Shown: one piece after another, positions 1 to 8,652 of the stretch
Position numbering within the stretch: the first letter of the stretch is position 1
Layout of the letters: the number at the start of each line of letters is the position of its first letter
Assembly (NCBI GenBank): GCA_963796055.1
Contig: CAWCKH010000003.1
Span: 1 to 64,000, forward strand
DNA length: 64,000 bases
Direction of reading: 5' to 3'
Source: an uncultured delta proteobacterium
GTDB taxonomy: Bacteria; Myxococcota; Myxococcia; Myxococcales; Myxococcaceae
Notes under the pieces: model-generated
Database searches by the model: none
What the model saw: only the letters and a program-made list of their open reading frames with translations
Told to the model about the DNA's origin: nothing
Program-made: the position numbers and the translations under genes

Positions 1-5
1 CTCCT

Positions 6-24
6 CTCATGATTGATCACATCT
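6..24. repeat. IS terminal inverted repeat (downstream end; contains the transposase stop codon)
   Basis: Imperfect 19-bp inverted match to 1446-1464. Confidence 0.8.
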
Positions 25-1420
25 CGGCCTGTTCCCGCGCGCGCCAACCGAGCTCTAGAAGCAACAGATCGTGCATGCCGCGGCCAAGGACGAGCCAACC
101 GGGGTCGCCGTTGCTGGCGAGATGGCCGCCGAGGGAGGCGACAGCGAGCATGGCGTCACGAGCAGTTGGTCGTGCGCGGAGCGGTTTCTTGGCGACAGCA
201 CGAAGCACTTCCAGTTGCTTCGGCGTCAACGCACTCGAGGCCGGAGCTGTCCTTTTCGAGCGGGCAAGGTGCCGGAGGAGGAGAAGCCGCCAGGCGACCG
301 GTGCCAGTACTGCGAGCACATTCAGGAGGGCGGGAGCGCTCTCGAGCTGGCGCCGCTCGAACTGGCAACCCGTTTTCAGAGCCTTGAAGAACTCTTCGAC
401 CACCCAGCGCGCTCGGTAGCAGTCGACAGCAAAAGCGATCGCGTCGTCGCAGTCGGTTGGAAGGTTGGTAAGCAGATACCACTCGACCGGAGGCTCACCC
501 TTTGGTGGTCTGCGCTCGAAAACGTGGATCACGTTCAATCTCAGGGTCGGAGCGTGCACCTTCCCTGCGTCCGACGGTCGCACTAACTCCACTGTGGAGG
601 CAGCGAAACTCAGCCTCGCGATGCGATGGCGTCGCGCCGGATGGCGCTCGCCCTTCGGGCCTTTGAGGTGGGGCCGTGGGGATAGAGGAACATCCCGTTG
701 GAGCGTCACCTTGGCAGTGCAGGCAGCGGCTCGAAGACGAGCCTCGTCCTCTCCCACAAGACGGCGGTCCTGGAACGACCGAATGACGAATGGCCGAACT
801 GCCTCGGCGAGTGCCGCCAGGAGTTCGTATTGATCGCCTTCACGATCCATGACGTGAATGGCTTCAACGCGGCCTTCCAGTTGAGCTTCCACCGCTTCCA
901 CGGAACGAAGCCAACGGGCCGACTCACCGAGGCTCTGCTCGCGCGACCATTCCTTGTGGCCGATGGACTCCTGGAGACGGAATACCGTCTCCATCGCCAA
1001 CAGCCCCAGTGGGGTGCGCTCCCCATCAGCACTCATGCCGAGAGAGAAGTGCCCGAAGAAGCCCTGTGCCGACGGGCGTATCAGATGGCCAAGACCCGCA
1101 CGCTTCGTTTGGCCGCCGAACTCGAACGCCGTGGTGTCATGGGCGACGATGATTCGCGGTAGCCCCGCTGCCCTCCGGGCCGACTGCCGGAAGTGCGGGG
1201 CGAGGATCGCGTCGGGGCCGACCCCTTCGTTGCCAAAGAAGCGATACGCCGCCTCGAGGTCGGCATCATCGAAAACGTTGGGGAAACTCTCCCCGGGCTG
1301 GTCAGCGATTCTGTCGGCGAGCCTTCCGAGTCGTCGAGTCAGGCGGGCATCGCCCAAGTCGGCATCGCCGAGCTCGGACGACAGCGTAGGAAGGGCTGCG
1401 GCATGCTGGCTCGGCGGCAT
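17..1420 (-). CDS. IS4-family (Tn5/IS50-like) DDE transposase
   Basis: N-terminal LGDARL..RL motif, AAYRFF, catalytic motifs AHDTT and MDREGD, and the IS4 YREK signature YRARWVVEEFFKALK. Confidence 0.95.
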   Translation of the reverse strand: MPPSQHAAALPTLSSELGDADLGDARLTRRLGRLADRIADQPGESFPNVFDDADLEAAYRFFGNEGVGPDAILAPHFRQSARRAAGLPRIIVAHDTTAFEFGGQTKRAGLGHLIRPSAQGFFGHFSLGMSADGERTPLGLLAMETVFRLQESIGHKEWSREQSLGESARWLRSVEAVEAQLEGRVEAIHVMDREGDQYELLAALAEAVRPFVIRSFQDRRLVGEDEARLRAAACTAKVTLQRDVPLSPRPHLKGPKGERHPARRHRIARLSFAASTVELVRPSDAGKVHAPTLRLNVIHVFERRPPKGEPPVEWYLLTNLPTDCDDAIAFAVDCYRARWVVEEFFKALKTGCQFERRQLESAPALLNVLAVLAPVAWRLLLLRHLARSKRTAPASSALTPKQLEVLRAVAKKPLRARPTARDAMLAVASLGGHLASNGDPGWLVLGRGMHDLLLLELGWRAREQAEM

Positions 1421-1445
1421 CCCTCGACGCGATCACAGCCCCCTG

Positions 1446-1464
1446 ACATGTGTAGGATCATCAG
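1446..1464. repeat. IS terminal inverted repeat (upstream end)
   Basis: Imperfect 19-bp inverted match to 6-24; IS50 OE-like. Confidence 0.8.
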
Positions 1465-1472
1465 ACAGGCTC

Positions 1473-2036
1473 CTAGCGCGTCACGTCGACGTTGTACGTG
1501 CCGGCCGGTGAGGTGGCGGTCCCGGTGATGTGCGTGGTCCCCGGCTTGCGCAACACGGTGCCCGCCGTGGGGCCCGCCTGGGTTTGCCCGGTGAAGGTCA
1601 GCGCGAGCGACACCTGCCCGCTCAGATCACCGGACATGATGAATGAGCCGGTGAGCGTTCCGTCGAGCGTCCCGTCCGGGAAATTCTTGAGACTGATGTC
1701 GAGCGCGGGAAGCGCAGCGGCGTCGGTCTTGTAGGTGAGCTTCCCGTCGTCCGAGTAGTTCGAGAGCGCCTCGTCCAGGTTCATGTTCTTGTTGGAGGAC
1801 GAGCCCTGATCGACGAGCCCGGTCACCGTCATTGTGCCGGAGATGCCGCCGTCCGCGGTCTGCGGCGAGATGTTCGCGCCGTTCGACGAGGTGTTGAAAC
1901 CTTCAAAACCGAGGCTGATGGCTTTGTCCACGGACGGATCGAGGCCGAGGTATGCCTTCCGGGCATCCTCGGTGGAGCTGACGTTGTCTCCGCACGCGGC
2001 GAGAAGCAGAACAGCGACGATCGGGGTTGAACGCAT
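1473..2036 (-). CDS. Hypothetical lipoprotein, Ser/Thr/Gly-rich, beta-rich
   Basis: Signal peptide with lipobox LLLAAC; GC3-biased codons. Confidence 0.8.
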   Translation of the reverse strand: MRSTPIVAVLLLAACGDNVSSTEDARKAYLGLDPSVDKAISLGFEGFNTSSNGANISPQTADGGISGTMTVTGLVDQGSSSNKNMNLDEALSNYSDDGKLTYKTDAAALPALDISLKNFPDGTLDGTLTGSFIMSGDLSGQVSLALTFTGQTQAGPTAGTVLRKPGTTHITGTATSPAGTYNVDVTR

Positions 2037-2154
2037 TGGGCGAACTGTAAGGGTCGCCTTGGTGCGCCCTCAAGAATCGGGACACCCACCTTGCGAGAGG
2101 TCTCCCGACAGGCGCGAGTCCTGCCGCGCCTCGACCACACGCACCGATGCTCCG

Positions 2155-2571
2155 CTAGTAGCGAATGTGCAGCGTGTCCAACGACGGGAGCATCGCCGGG
2201 TGGATCTCGTGGTCGAAGAAGCCGGCCTGCACCGCGGGGTCCTGGTCCATCCAGGCCTTCGCCTCCTCCGCCGAGGACGCCGCCACCACCGCGATCCCCA
2301 GGTACTTCCCGTCGTCGGCGAAGGGACCGGCGAGCCGGAGCTTCTTTTCGGAGATCATCCTTCGGATGAAGGCCAGGTGCTTCGGCAGCAGCACCGCATG
2401 CTCGGGCGAGTCGCGGGCGAACTTCGGCCCGGCCACCAGGAGCGCCACCTGGTACGTCCGCATGTCCTTCGGGACGTCCTTCATCGGCGCCGGCTTCGCC
2501 TGCTCGGCGGCCCACACCGCGGTCACCGCCAGGAGACTCCCCACCGAGACCGCGATCAACGACCGGCGCAT
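2155..2571 (-). CDS. Secreted YciI-family protein
   Basis: Signal peptide, then H-L-A-F...L.LAGPF.DDG and A.AW...DPAVQAG motifs of the YciI dimeric alpha/beta barrel; AGGAGG-type RBS upstream. Confidence 0.8.
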   Translation of the reverse strand: MRRSLIAVSVGSLLAVTAVWAAEQAKPAPMKDVPKDMRTYQVALLVAGPKFARDSPEHAVLLPKHLAFIRRMISEKKLRLAGPFADDGKYLGIAVVAASSAEEAKAWMDQDPAVQAGFFDHEIHPAMLPSLDTLHIRY

Positions 2572-2690
2572 GCATCCTCCTTTTGCGTGAGCGATTGGTT
2601 ACCTCTTTCGAAGGCCGCGGGTCAACGCCGGGGCAGCGAAGCGTCACGGACAGACGGTAGACTTCATGCATCGACCTGCGACGCGCCCTG

Positions 2691-3494
2691 GTGCTCCTGC
2701 TCCTCTCCGCCGCCTGCGCCGGCGATCCGCCCCCGCCGCCCGCGTCCACGGCTACCGCCGTGCTCGCGCCCAGGCCCGAGGTGCTGGCCGCCGGGACGGG
2801 GGCGATGACCCCGCTCGCGATCGCGCTTGCCCGCGAGGCCTCGGCCGGCACCGGCCAGCGCTTCCGGGTCGAGCCGAGCATCGGCTCCGGCGGCGGCATC
2901 GCGGCCACCCGTGACGGGGCGGTCGACCTCGGGCTCGTCTCCCGTCCGCTCCGTCCAGAGGAGGCGGCTGGCCTGGAGCGGGTGGACCTGGCCCGGGACG
3001 CGGTGGTGCTGGCCGCCGCCCCGGACGTCCCAGTGGACGACCTCTCCTCGGACGACCTCCACCGTCTCTACCGCGGCGAGCTGCGCGGGCTCACCGTGCT
3101 ACTTCGCGACGAGGCTGAGTCGGCCAACTCGGCGCTGGAATCCACCCATCCCGGCCTCGCCGAGGAACGGCGTCGGTCCTCCGCCAGCGGCCGTTTCCGG
3201 GTTCTTAACCACGACGATGCCATGGCCCTGGCGCTCGCCACCACTCCCCGTGCGGTGGGAGTGTTCTCCCTCGGCGCGCTCCGTCCTCCCCTCCGTGCCC
3301 TCCGCCTCGACGGCATCACTCCCTCGAGCGAGTCGGTCAGACACGGGACCTGGCCTGCGGTCCGGACCCTGGGCGTGGTGTTCCGGCCCGAGCGGCGGGA
3401 GCGGGTCGCTCCCCTCCTCGCCCTCGCCGCCTCCGAGCGCGGGCGCACGCTGATCCGCTCCCTCGGGTACCTCCCCCTGGAGGCCGGGCGATGA
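2691..3494 (+). CDS. PstS-like (PBP_like_2) substrate-binding lipoprotein; start uncertain (2666/2670/2691)
   Basis: Lipobox SAAC; AGTGAM, SIGSGGGI, DLGLVSRPL and LARDAVV motifs typical of phosphate-binding PBP2 proteins. Confidence 0.8.
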   Translation: MLLLLSAACAGDPPPPPASTATAVLAPRPEVLAAGTGAMTPLAIALAREASAGTGQRFRVEPSIGSGGGIAATRDGAVDLGLVSRPLRPEEAAGLERVDLARDAVVLAAAPDVPVDDLSSDDLHRLYRGELRGLTVLLRDEAESANSALESTHPGLAEERRRSSASGRFRVLNHDDAMALALATTPRAVGVFSLGALRPPLRALRLDGITPSSESVRHGTWPAVRTLGVVFRPERRERVAPLLALAASERGRTLIRSLGYLPLEAGR

Positions 3495-4615
3495 TCCCCG
3501 TCGCCCTCACCCGCCCGTTCGCCCGGCGTCTCCTCCCGCTGGTGCTCCTGGCGAGCAGCCTCTTCGCCGTGGTGGTCCCGCTCGCCCACAACCTCGACGC
3601 GCGAAGCCGCCTGGTCCTCTCGGCCCGCGAGCGCGGCGAACGCGTGGCCCGCATCCTCGCCGAGGCCGTTCGCGACCGGCCGCTGCTCTGGCGCTACGAC
3701 GCGCCCAAGCTCGCTGGCCGTCTTCAGCTGGAGGGACTGCTCTCCGCGCCGCTGGTGGTCCGTGACCGCGACAACCGCCCTGTCACCCTGGGAGGCCCCT
3801 CGACGTCGAGCGTTGCCTGGGCCCGCGTTCCGGTGGAGGTGGAGGGCGTCCCGGTGGCCACCGTCTGGTCGGGGGCTCCGCTCGTGCCGCTCTGGCACGA
3901 GTCGCTCCGCCTCCTCGCGGCCTGTCTGATGCTCGCCTCGATCCTCGGAGCCCTGCTCTTTCTCTTTCCCGTCCGCACCGTGGCCGCCGCCGAGGAACGG
4001 ATCGCCGCCCTGCTGGCCGAGCGCCGGGTGGCGCTGCAGGACGAGGAGCGGCGGCGCATCGCCCGCGAGCTGCACGACGGTGCCGGACAGGCGCTGACCG
4101 CCGCCCGGCTCCAGCTGCTCGCGCTCCGCAAGCGGGGGCTCCCCGCCGAGGAGGCGGCACAGGTCGAGCACCACCTCGACGAGGCCCTGGAGGAGGTGCG
4201 GCGATCCACGTCCGCCCTGCTCCCTGCCCCGCTCGCTGCGCTGGGCTTCCTGGGCGCGGTCCGCAAGCACTGCGCGAGCTACGCCCGGGCCACCGGGGTG
4301 GACATCTCGCTCGAGGCACCCGATCGCCTCCCCGAGCTGCCCGCCCCGCTGGCCGCCGGGCTCTACCGCATCGTCCAGGAGGCGTTGCACAACACCGTCC
4401 GTCACGCGGGCGCGGCCCGGGCGTCGGTCCGGGTGCACCACCTCCATGACGCGCTGTCGCTCGAGTTCGACGACGACGGGCGCGGGTTTCCGGATCAGGC
4501 CAGCTCGCAGTCGATCCGCGAGCGCGTCGCCGGCCTCGGGGGCGCGGTGGACTGGCCCGACCCCGGGCGGGCCCACCTTCGTGTCAGTGTCCCCCTCACC
4601 GGGGCCCCGGCATGA
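3491..4615 (+). CDS. Membrane sensor histidine kinase, HisKA_3 (NarX/UhpB-like)
   Basis: Two hydrophobic segments; ERRRIARELHDGAGQ H-box; YRIVQEALHN N-box; DDDGRGF G1 box; ATGA overlap with the previous gene. Confidence 0.9.
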   Translation: MIPVALTRPFARRLLPLVLLASSLFAVVVPLAHNLDARSRLVLSARERGERVARILAEAVRDRPLLWRYDAPKLAGRLQLEGLLSAPLVVRDRDNRPVTLGGPSTSSVAWARVPVEVEGVPVATVWSGAPLVPLWHESLRLLAACLMLASILGALLFLFPVRTVAAAEERIAALLAERRVALQDEERRRIARELHDGAGQALTAARLQLLALRKRGLPAEEAAQVEHHLDEALEEVRRSTSALLPAPLAALGFLGAVRKHCASYARATGVDISLEAPDRLPELPAPLAAGLYRIVQEALHNTVRHAGAARASVRVHHLHDALSLEFDDDGRGFPDQASSQSIRERVAGLGGAVDWPDPGRAHLRVSVPLTGAPA

Positions 4616-5235
4616 TCCACGTCGTCGTGGCCGACGATCACGCGGTCGTCCGCGCCGGCGTGCGGGCGGTGCTGGCCTCGGAGCCGGACCTGTCGCTGGT
4701 CGCCGAGGCCGCCGACGCCACCGGAGCCGTGGCCGCGGTGCTGGAACACCACCCGGAGGTGCTGCTCCTGGACTGGACCTTGCCCGGCGACGGGCGCTCC
4801 ATCCTCGGACGGGTGCGTGAGGAGGCACCCGGGACACGGGTCTGCGTGCTGTCGATGCACCAGGACGGGACCACGGTCCGGGAGGCGCTCGGGGCCGGTG
4901 CGCTCGGCTACGTGGTGAAGGGGGCCGGCATCGAGCATCTCGTGACCGCGCTCCGCTCGGTGGCAGCGGGCCGCCGCTTCCTCGACCCGGCCGCCGAGGC
5001 CGGCCTCACCCCCGGACCCGGGCCCGAGGACGACGACGACTGGGAGCGGCTCACCCCCCGCGAGCGGCTGGTGCTGCGCCGCGTGGCCGAGGGACGCACG
5101 AATCGAGAGATCGCCACCGAGCTGTCGCTCTCCCCCAAGACCGTCGACACCCACCGCACCAACCTCATGCGGAAGCTGGGGGTGCATGACGCACAGGCCC
5201 TGGCGCGCTTCGCGGTCAGACGCGGACTGCTGTAG
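4612..5235 (+). CDS. NarL/LuxR-family response regulator
   Basis: ADDH, LLLD phospho-site, YVVK; C-terminal LTPRE...NREIA.ELSLSPKTVDTHR LuxR HTH. Confidence 0.95.
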   Translation: MIHVVVADDHAVVRAGVRAVLASEPDLSLVAEAADATGAVAAVLEHHPEVLLLDWTLPGDGRSILGRVREEAPGTRVCVLSMHQDGTTVREALGAGALGYVVKGAGIEHLVTALRSVAAGRRFLDPAAEAGLTPGPGPEDDDDWERLTPRERLVLRRVAEGRTNREIATELSLSPKTVDTHRTNLMRKLGVHDAQALARFAVRRGLL

Positions 5236-5325
5236 CCGGCGGAGGCCCAGGTCAGGTGTCCACCCGATTGTCCGGGCCGCGCGGCTCCAGGACGATCTCC
5301 CCGACGTTCCCGCACCGGAGGACCC

Positions 5326-6153
5326 CTGTACCGTCTCGTGCTGGTCGCCGCGCTCGCGCTCGCCTCGCCCGCCCTGGCCCAGGAGGCCGGCGGATACTCG
5401 GCGGGCCCGGGGCTGGGCTCACCCGATTACCAGACCACCGTCAACGCCCCGCGGCTCAAGTCTCCGGTCCAGACCCAGGACCGGGTCTTCGCCGCCAGCC
5501 GCTTCTGGAAGCTCGACCCGGGCCGCTACGAGGTGGAGGTGTGGTGGGACGAGAAGTTCAAGCGCGACGAGCCGAACGAGTCGGTGCTGAAGCTGGAGAT
5601 CGAGATCGGCCTCACCCCCCACATCCAGCTCGACATCTACCAGAACTTCGTCATCCAGAACGGTCAGTTCGACGTCGAGGGGAACCAGATCGAGCTGCGG
5701 TACGCGTTCGCCTCCACGTACAACGAGATTCCCTGGAACCCGGTGCTCTACCTCGAGTGGCACCCGCGCAAGCAGGCGCAGGACCGCGCCGAGGTCCGGC
5801 TGCTGATGGGCGGCGACCTTCCGGCCGCGGGCCTCTGGTCGGCGAACGTCTTCGCCGAGGGCAACGTGGACTACTTCAACGCCTCGTACGCCGAGGGGTT
5901 CGACGGCGAGTTCGGCATCAGCGCAGCGGTCAGCTTCCCGGTCGTGGGCGATGTGCTACGGCTCGGCGCCGAGGTGCAGGGCGGCGTGGACCAGCACGGC
6001 AGCCCCCAGTTTTACGCCTCGGGGCTGGTAGGGCCGAACATCCTCCTCACCTACCGGCCGGCAGGCCTGAAGCTCACCGCCACTGCGCTCTTCGGCCTCT
6101 TCCACGAGGACCCGCTCTGCCGACTGTTCGTCATCGCCGGCTGGCAATTCTGA
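5326..6153 (+). CDS. Putative outer-membrane beta-barrel protein (start at CTG 5326 or GTG 5338)
   Basis: Signal peptide ending ALA-Q, alternating aromatic/hydrophobic strands, C-terminal GWQF; GGAGG at 5317-5321. Confidence 0.7.
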   Translation: MYRLVLVAALALASPALAQEAGGYSAGPGLGSPDYQTTVNAPRLKSPVQTQDRVFAASRFWKLDPGRYEVEVWWDEKFKRDEPNESVLKLEIEIGLTPHIQLDIYQNFVIQNGQFDVEGNQIELRYAFASTYNEIPWNPVLYLEWHPRKQAQDRAEVRLLMGGDLPAAGLWSANVFAEGNVDYFNASYAEGFDGEFGISAAVSFPVVGDVLRLGAEVQGGVDQHGSPQFYASGLVGPNILLTYRPAGLKLTATALFGLFHEDPLCRLFVIAGWQF

Positions 6154-6207
6154 GCGGTTGCGCGCCGGGCCCGGGCGGGTGATGAAACCCCCCGCAGGAG
6201 AACCCCC

Positions 6208-6390
6208 GTGCCCGACGCCACCCCTGACCCGAAGCGGCCCGTTCCCGAGCGCCACGTCCACCGGGACGAGGAGGTGGACGAGGCGTCCGAGGAGTCGTTT
6301 CCCGCAAGCGACCCGCCGGGCTGGACCCCGGCCACCCCGGGGACGGAGGCGCCGCCGCCCGACACGCGCGACCTGCCCCCACGTCGCTGA
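6208..6390 (+). CDS. Small acidic protein with conserved DEASEESFPASDPPxW motif, function unknown
   Basis: AGGAG RBS at 6196-6200, 7 nt before GTG; the motif is recognisable from many small hypothetical proteins. Confidence 0.75.
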   Translation: MPDATPDPKRPVPERHVHRDEEVDEASEESFPASDPPGWTPATPGTEAPPPDTRDLPPRR

Positions 6391-6487
6391 AGGTGCGACA
6401 TCGATGTTGCGGGGAGGCGCAAGCTTTCTGCCGTCCGTGAAGTCGATTCCTTGGGGTCTTCGAGGGTTCCGCTAGACTCGGCGGTCC

Positions 6488-7006
6488 ATGAAGTTCACCC
6501 CGCTCGACATCCGGCAGAAGCGCTTCGAGACCTCCTTCCGCGGCTATGCCGCCCGAGACGTGCAGGGGTTCCTGGAGCTCCTGGCGGCGGAGTTCGAGGA
6601 GGTGGTGAAGGAGAACATCGGCCTCAAGGAAGAGCTCAAGCGCACGCAGGTGGAGCTGGAACGCCACCTCGAGCGCGAGCGCGCTCTCCAGCAGACGCTG
6701 GTCACCGCCCAGCGCGTCTCGGAAGACCTCCGCGATGCGGCAAAGAAGGAGGCGGAGATCGTCGTCGCCGAGGCCGAGCTGCAGTCGGAGAAGATCGTCC
6801 ACGCCGCGCACCAGAAGCTGGTCCAGGTGGTGGACGACATCAACGAGCTCAAGCGCCAGCGGGCCCGTTTCGAGGCCGAGCTGCGCTCGCTCGTCTCCGG
6901 TCACCTCAAGCTGCTGGAGGCCGTCGCCGCGCCGGATGCCGAGAGCCCGGTCCGCGTGGACGACAACGTGTCCTTCCTCGCCCCGAAGAAGGCGGGCGCC
7001 CCGTAG
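6488..7006 (+). CDS. divIVA: DivIVA domain coiled-coil protein
   Basis: MKFTPLDIRQKRF..SFRGY...V..FL N-terminal DivIVA signature followed by coiled coil. Confidence 0.9.
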   Translation: MKFTPLDIRQKRFETSFRGYAARDVQGFLELLAAEFEEVVKENIGLKEELKRTQVELERHLERERALQQTLVTAQRVSEDLRDAAKKEAEIVVAEAELQSEKIVHAAHQKLVQVVDDINELKRQRARFEAELRSLVSGHLKLLEAVAAPDAESPVRVDDNVSFLAPKKAGAP

Positions 7007-7299
7007 ACGATCCGCTCCGGGAGGTCTCCGGCGGAGTCGAGCTCTCGGTGCGGGCGAAGCCGCGCGCATCACGTCCGGGGCTCGGAGCAGTGCGCGACGG
7101 AGCGCTCGAGGTCCGAGTCAGCGCTCCGCCGGTCGAGGGTGCGGCGAACGACGCCCTGCTGGAGCTGCTGGCCCGGGAGCTCGGCGTTCCCCGCCGCGCG
7201 GTGGTCCTCGTCTCCGGCGAGCACGGGCGCAGCAAGCGGGTCCGCATCGAGGGCCTCACCCTCGCCGAGGTCCGCGCCCGCCTGGGACTCGTGCGGTGA
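7003..7299 (+). CDS. DUF167 / UPF0235 (YggU-like) protein; no clean start codon (first in-frame GTG at 7048)
   Basis: VRAKPRAS...VRVSAPPVEGAAN..L...LA..LGV......VSG...RSK motif; usual position after divIVA. Confidence 0.8.
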   Translation, partial: VDDPLREVSGGVELSVRAKPRASRPGLGAVRDGALEVRVSAPPVEGAANDALLELLARELGVPRRAVVLVSGEHGRSKRVRIEGLTLAEVRARLGLVR

Positions 7300-7342
7300 T
7301 CGCCGTGGCCGACACCGAGCCCTCCCGGGCTGGCTGCGATCA

Positions 7343-7464
7343 GCCGCCGAGAGGCTATAGCAACAACTATCACGGTCAGTGATAGTCATATCGCCGTAAG
7401 CACCTGAACCGGCGGCGAGCAACTTCACCTACTGTCCTAGTTATTGCTATCACCTCTTGGCAGC
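7343..7464. repeat. AT-richer intergenic element with 27-bp imperfect inverted arms and internal hairpins (possible ncRNA or MITE)
   Basis: 7343-7369 pairs with 7438-7464; internal ACTATCAC/GTGATAGT (7366-7386) and TCGCCG/CGGCGA (7391-7418). Confidence 0.65.
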
Positions 7465-7646
7465 CGGGACCGGTCGCTCGCAGGTGACGGATGCCGAGCA
7501 CCAGCCGATCGGCCTCGCGCGGGTGCCGAGCGGGACGGCCGCGGAGCGTCGCCCTGGAGCGCCCGGAGTCGCGCCGGCCAGGCGAGCTGGCTGCTGCCAC
7601 CGCGCCCCCGGCCTCCCCGCGTTCGTCAGAGCCAGATCTCGTGGGG

Positions 7647-8549
7647 TCAGCGCAGCGTCCGGCCGAGGAACTCCAGCATGGTCCGGGCGATCTCCTCGGG
7701 GTGGGTCTCCAGCGCGAAGTGCCCGGTGTCGAGGAACCGCACCTCGGCGTTCGGATCGTCCCGCCGGTACGCCTCCGCGCCGGCAGGGACGAAGAACGGG
7801 TCGTTCCTCCCCCAGATGGCGAGGAGCGGCGGCTTGTGGCTCCGGAGATAGGCCTGGAACTTCGGATACAGCGCGACGTTGCTCGCGTAGTCGAGGAAGA
7901 GGTCGAGCTGGATGTCCGCCTGCCCAGGCCGGTCCAGCAGCGCCTGGTCGAGGGTGTACGACTCCGGCGCCACCTGCGTCGGGTCCGCGACGCCGGTGAG
8001 GTACTGGTACTTCGTCCCCTGGAGCGTCAGGAAGCCACGCAGGGCATCCCGGTTCGCCGCGGTCGGTTCCCTCCAGTACTTCTGGATGGGATTCCAGTCC
8101 TTGCCCAGGCCTTCCTCGTAGGCGTTCCCGTTCTGGGAAACGAGCGCCGCGATGCGCTCGGGATGCTTCAGGGCCAGGCGGAGGCCCACGGGGGCCCCGT
8201 AGTCGAAGACGTAGATCGCGTACCGCCGGGCGCCGATCTGGTCCGTGAAGTGGTCGATGACCTCGGCCAGGGCGTCGAAGGTGTAGCGGAAGGTGGCGCG
8301 GTCCGGCGCCTCGCTGAACCCGAAGCCGGGGAGGTCGGGGGCGATCACGTGGTAGCGGGTGGCCAGACGCGGGATGAGCGCGCGGAACATGTGGGACGAG
8401 CTCGGGAAGCCGTGGAGCAGGAGCACCGTGGGCGCCTGTGCCGGTCCGGCCTCGCGGTAGAAGATCTCGATGCCGTCCACGCGTACCTTCTCGAGCGTGG
8501 GTACAGCGGCGAGGGACGTCTGCGGCGACGACTCGTTCGGCGGGGACAT
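7647..8549 (-). CDS. Alpha/beta hydrolase (epoxide hydrolase/haloalkane dehalogenase-like)
   Basis: LLLHGFP, APDLPGFGFS, nucleophile FDYGAP, WGRNDPFF, DTGHFALE; GGAGG RBS before ATG 8549. Confidence 0.92.
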   Translation of the reverse strand: MSPPNESSPQTSLAAVPTLEKVRVDGIEIFYREAGPAQAPTVLLLHGFPSSSHMFRALIPRLATRYHVIAPDLPGFGFSEAPDRATFRYTFDALAEVIDHFTDQIGARRYAIYVFDYGAPVGLRLALKHPERIAALVSQNGNAYEEGLGKDWNPIQKYWREPTAANRDALRGFLTLQGTKYQYLTGVADPTQVAPESYTLDQALLDRPGQADIQLDLFLDYASNVALYPKFQAYLRSHKPPLLAIWGRNDPFFVPAGAEAYRRDDPNAEVRFLDTGHFALETHPEEIARTMLEFLGRTLR

Positions 8550-8652
8550 CGGTGCACCTCCAGGATGATCGACCCCCGTGTTGTGTCGGGTGGCGGGCTG
8601 GTCGCGCCGCGAGTAGTTCTCACCTCGACCCTTGAGGATTCCTGAGGTGTCG

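Larger units (their letters stand above)
6..1464 (-). mobile_element. IS4-family (IS50/Tn5 group) insertion sequence, apparently complete
   Basis: 19-bp ends: 6-24 CTCATGATTGATCACATCT (resembles IS50 IE CTGTCTCTTGATCAGATCT) and revcomp of 1446-1464 CTGATGATCCTACACATGT (resembles IS50 OE CTGACTCTTATACACAAGT). The right flank ACAGGCTCCT ends in CTCCT, equal to window bases 1-5, consistent with a target duplication. Confidence 0.88.

Noticed and set aside
6451..7002. 282-aa ORF ending in DUF167
   Set aside because: Its N-terminal part is an alternate frame of divIVA; only the last ~98 codons carry the domain.
7355..7390. OxyR-like ATAG-N7-CTAT operator
   Set aside because: The spacer is 6 nt and the region lies between convergent gene ends.
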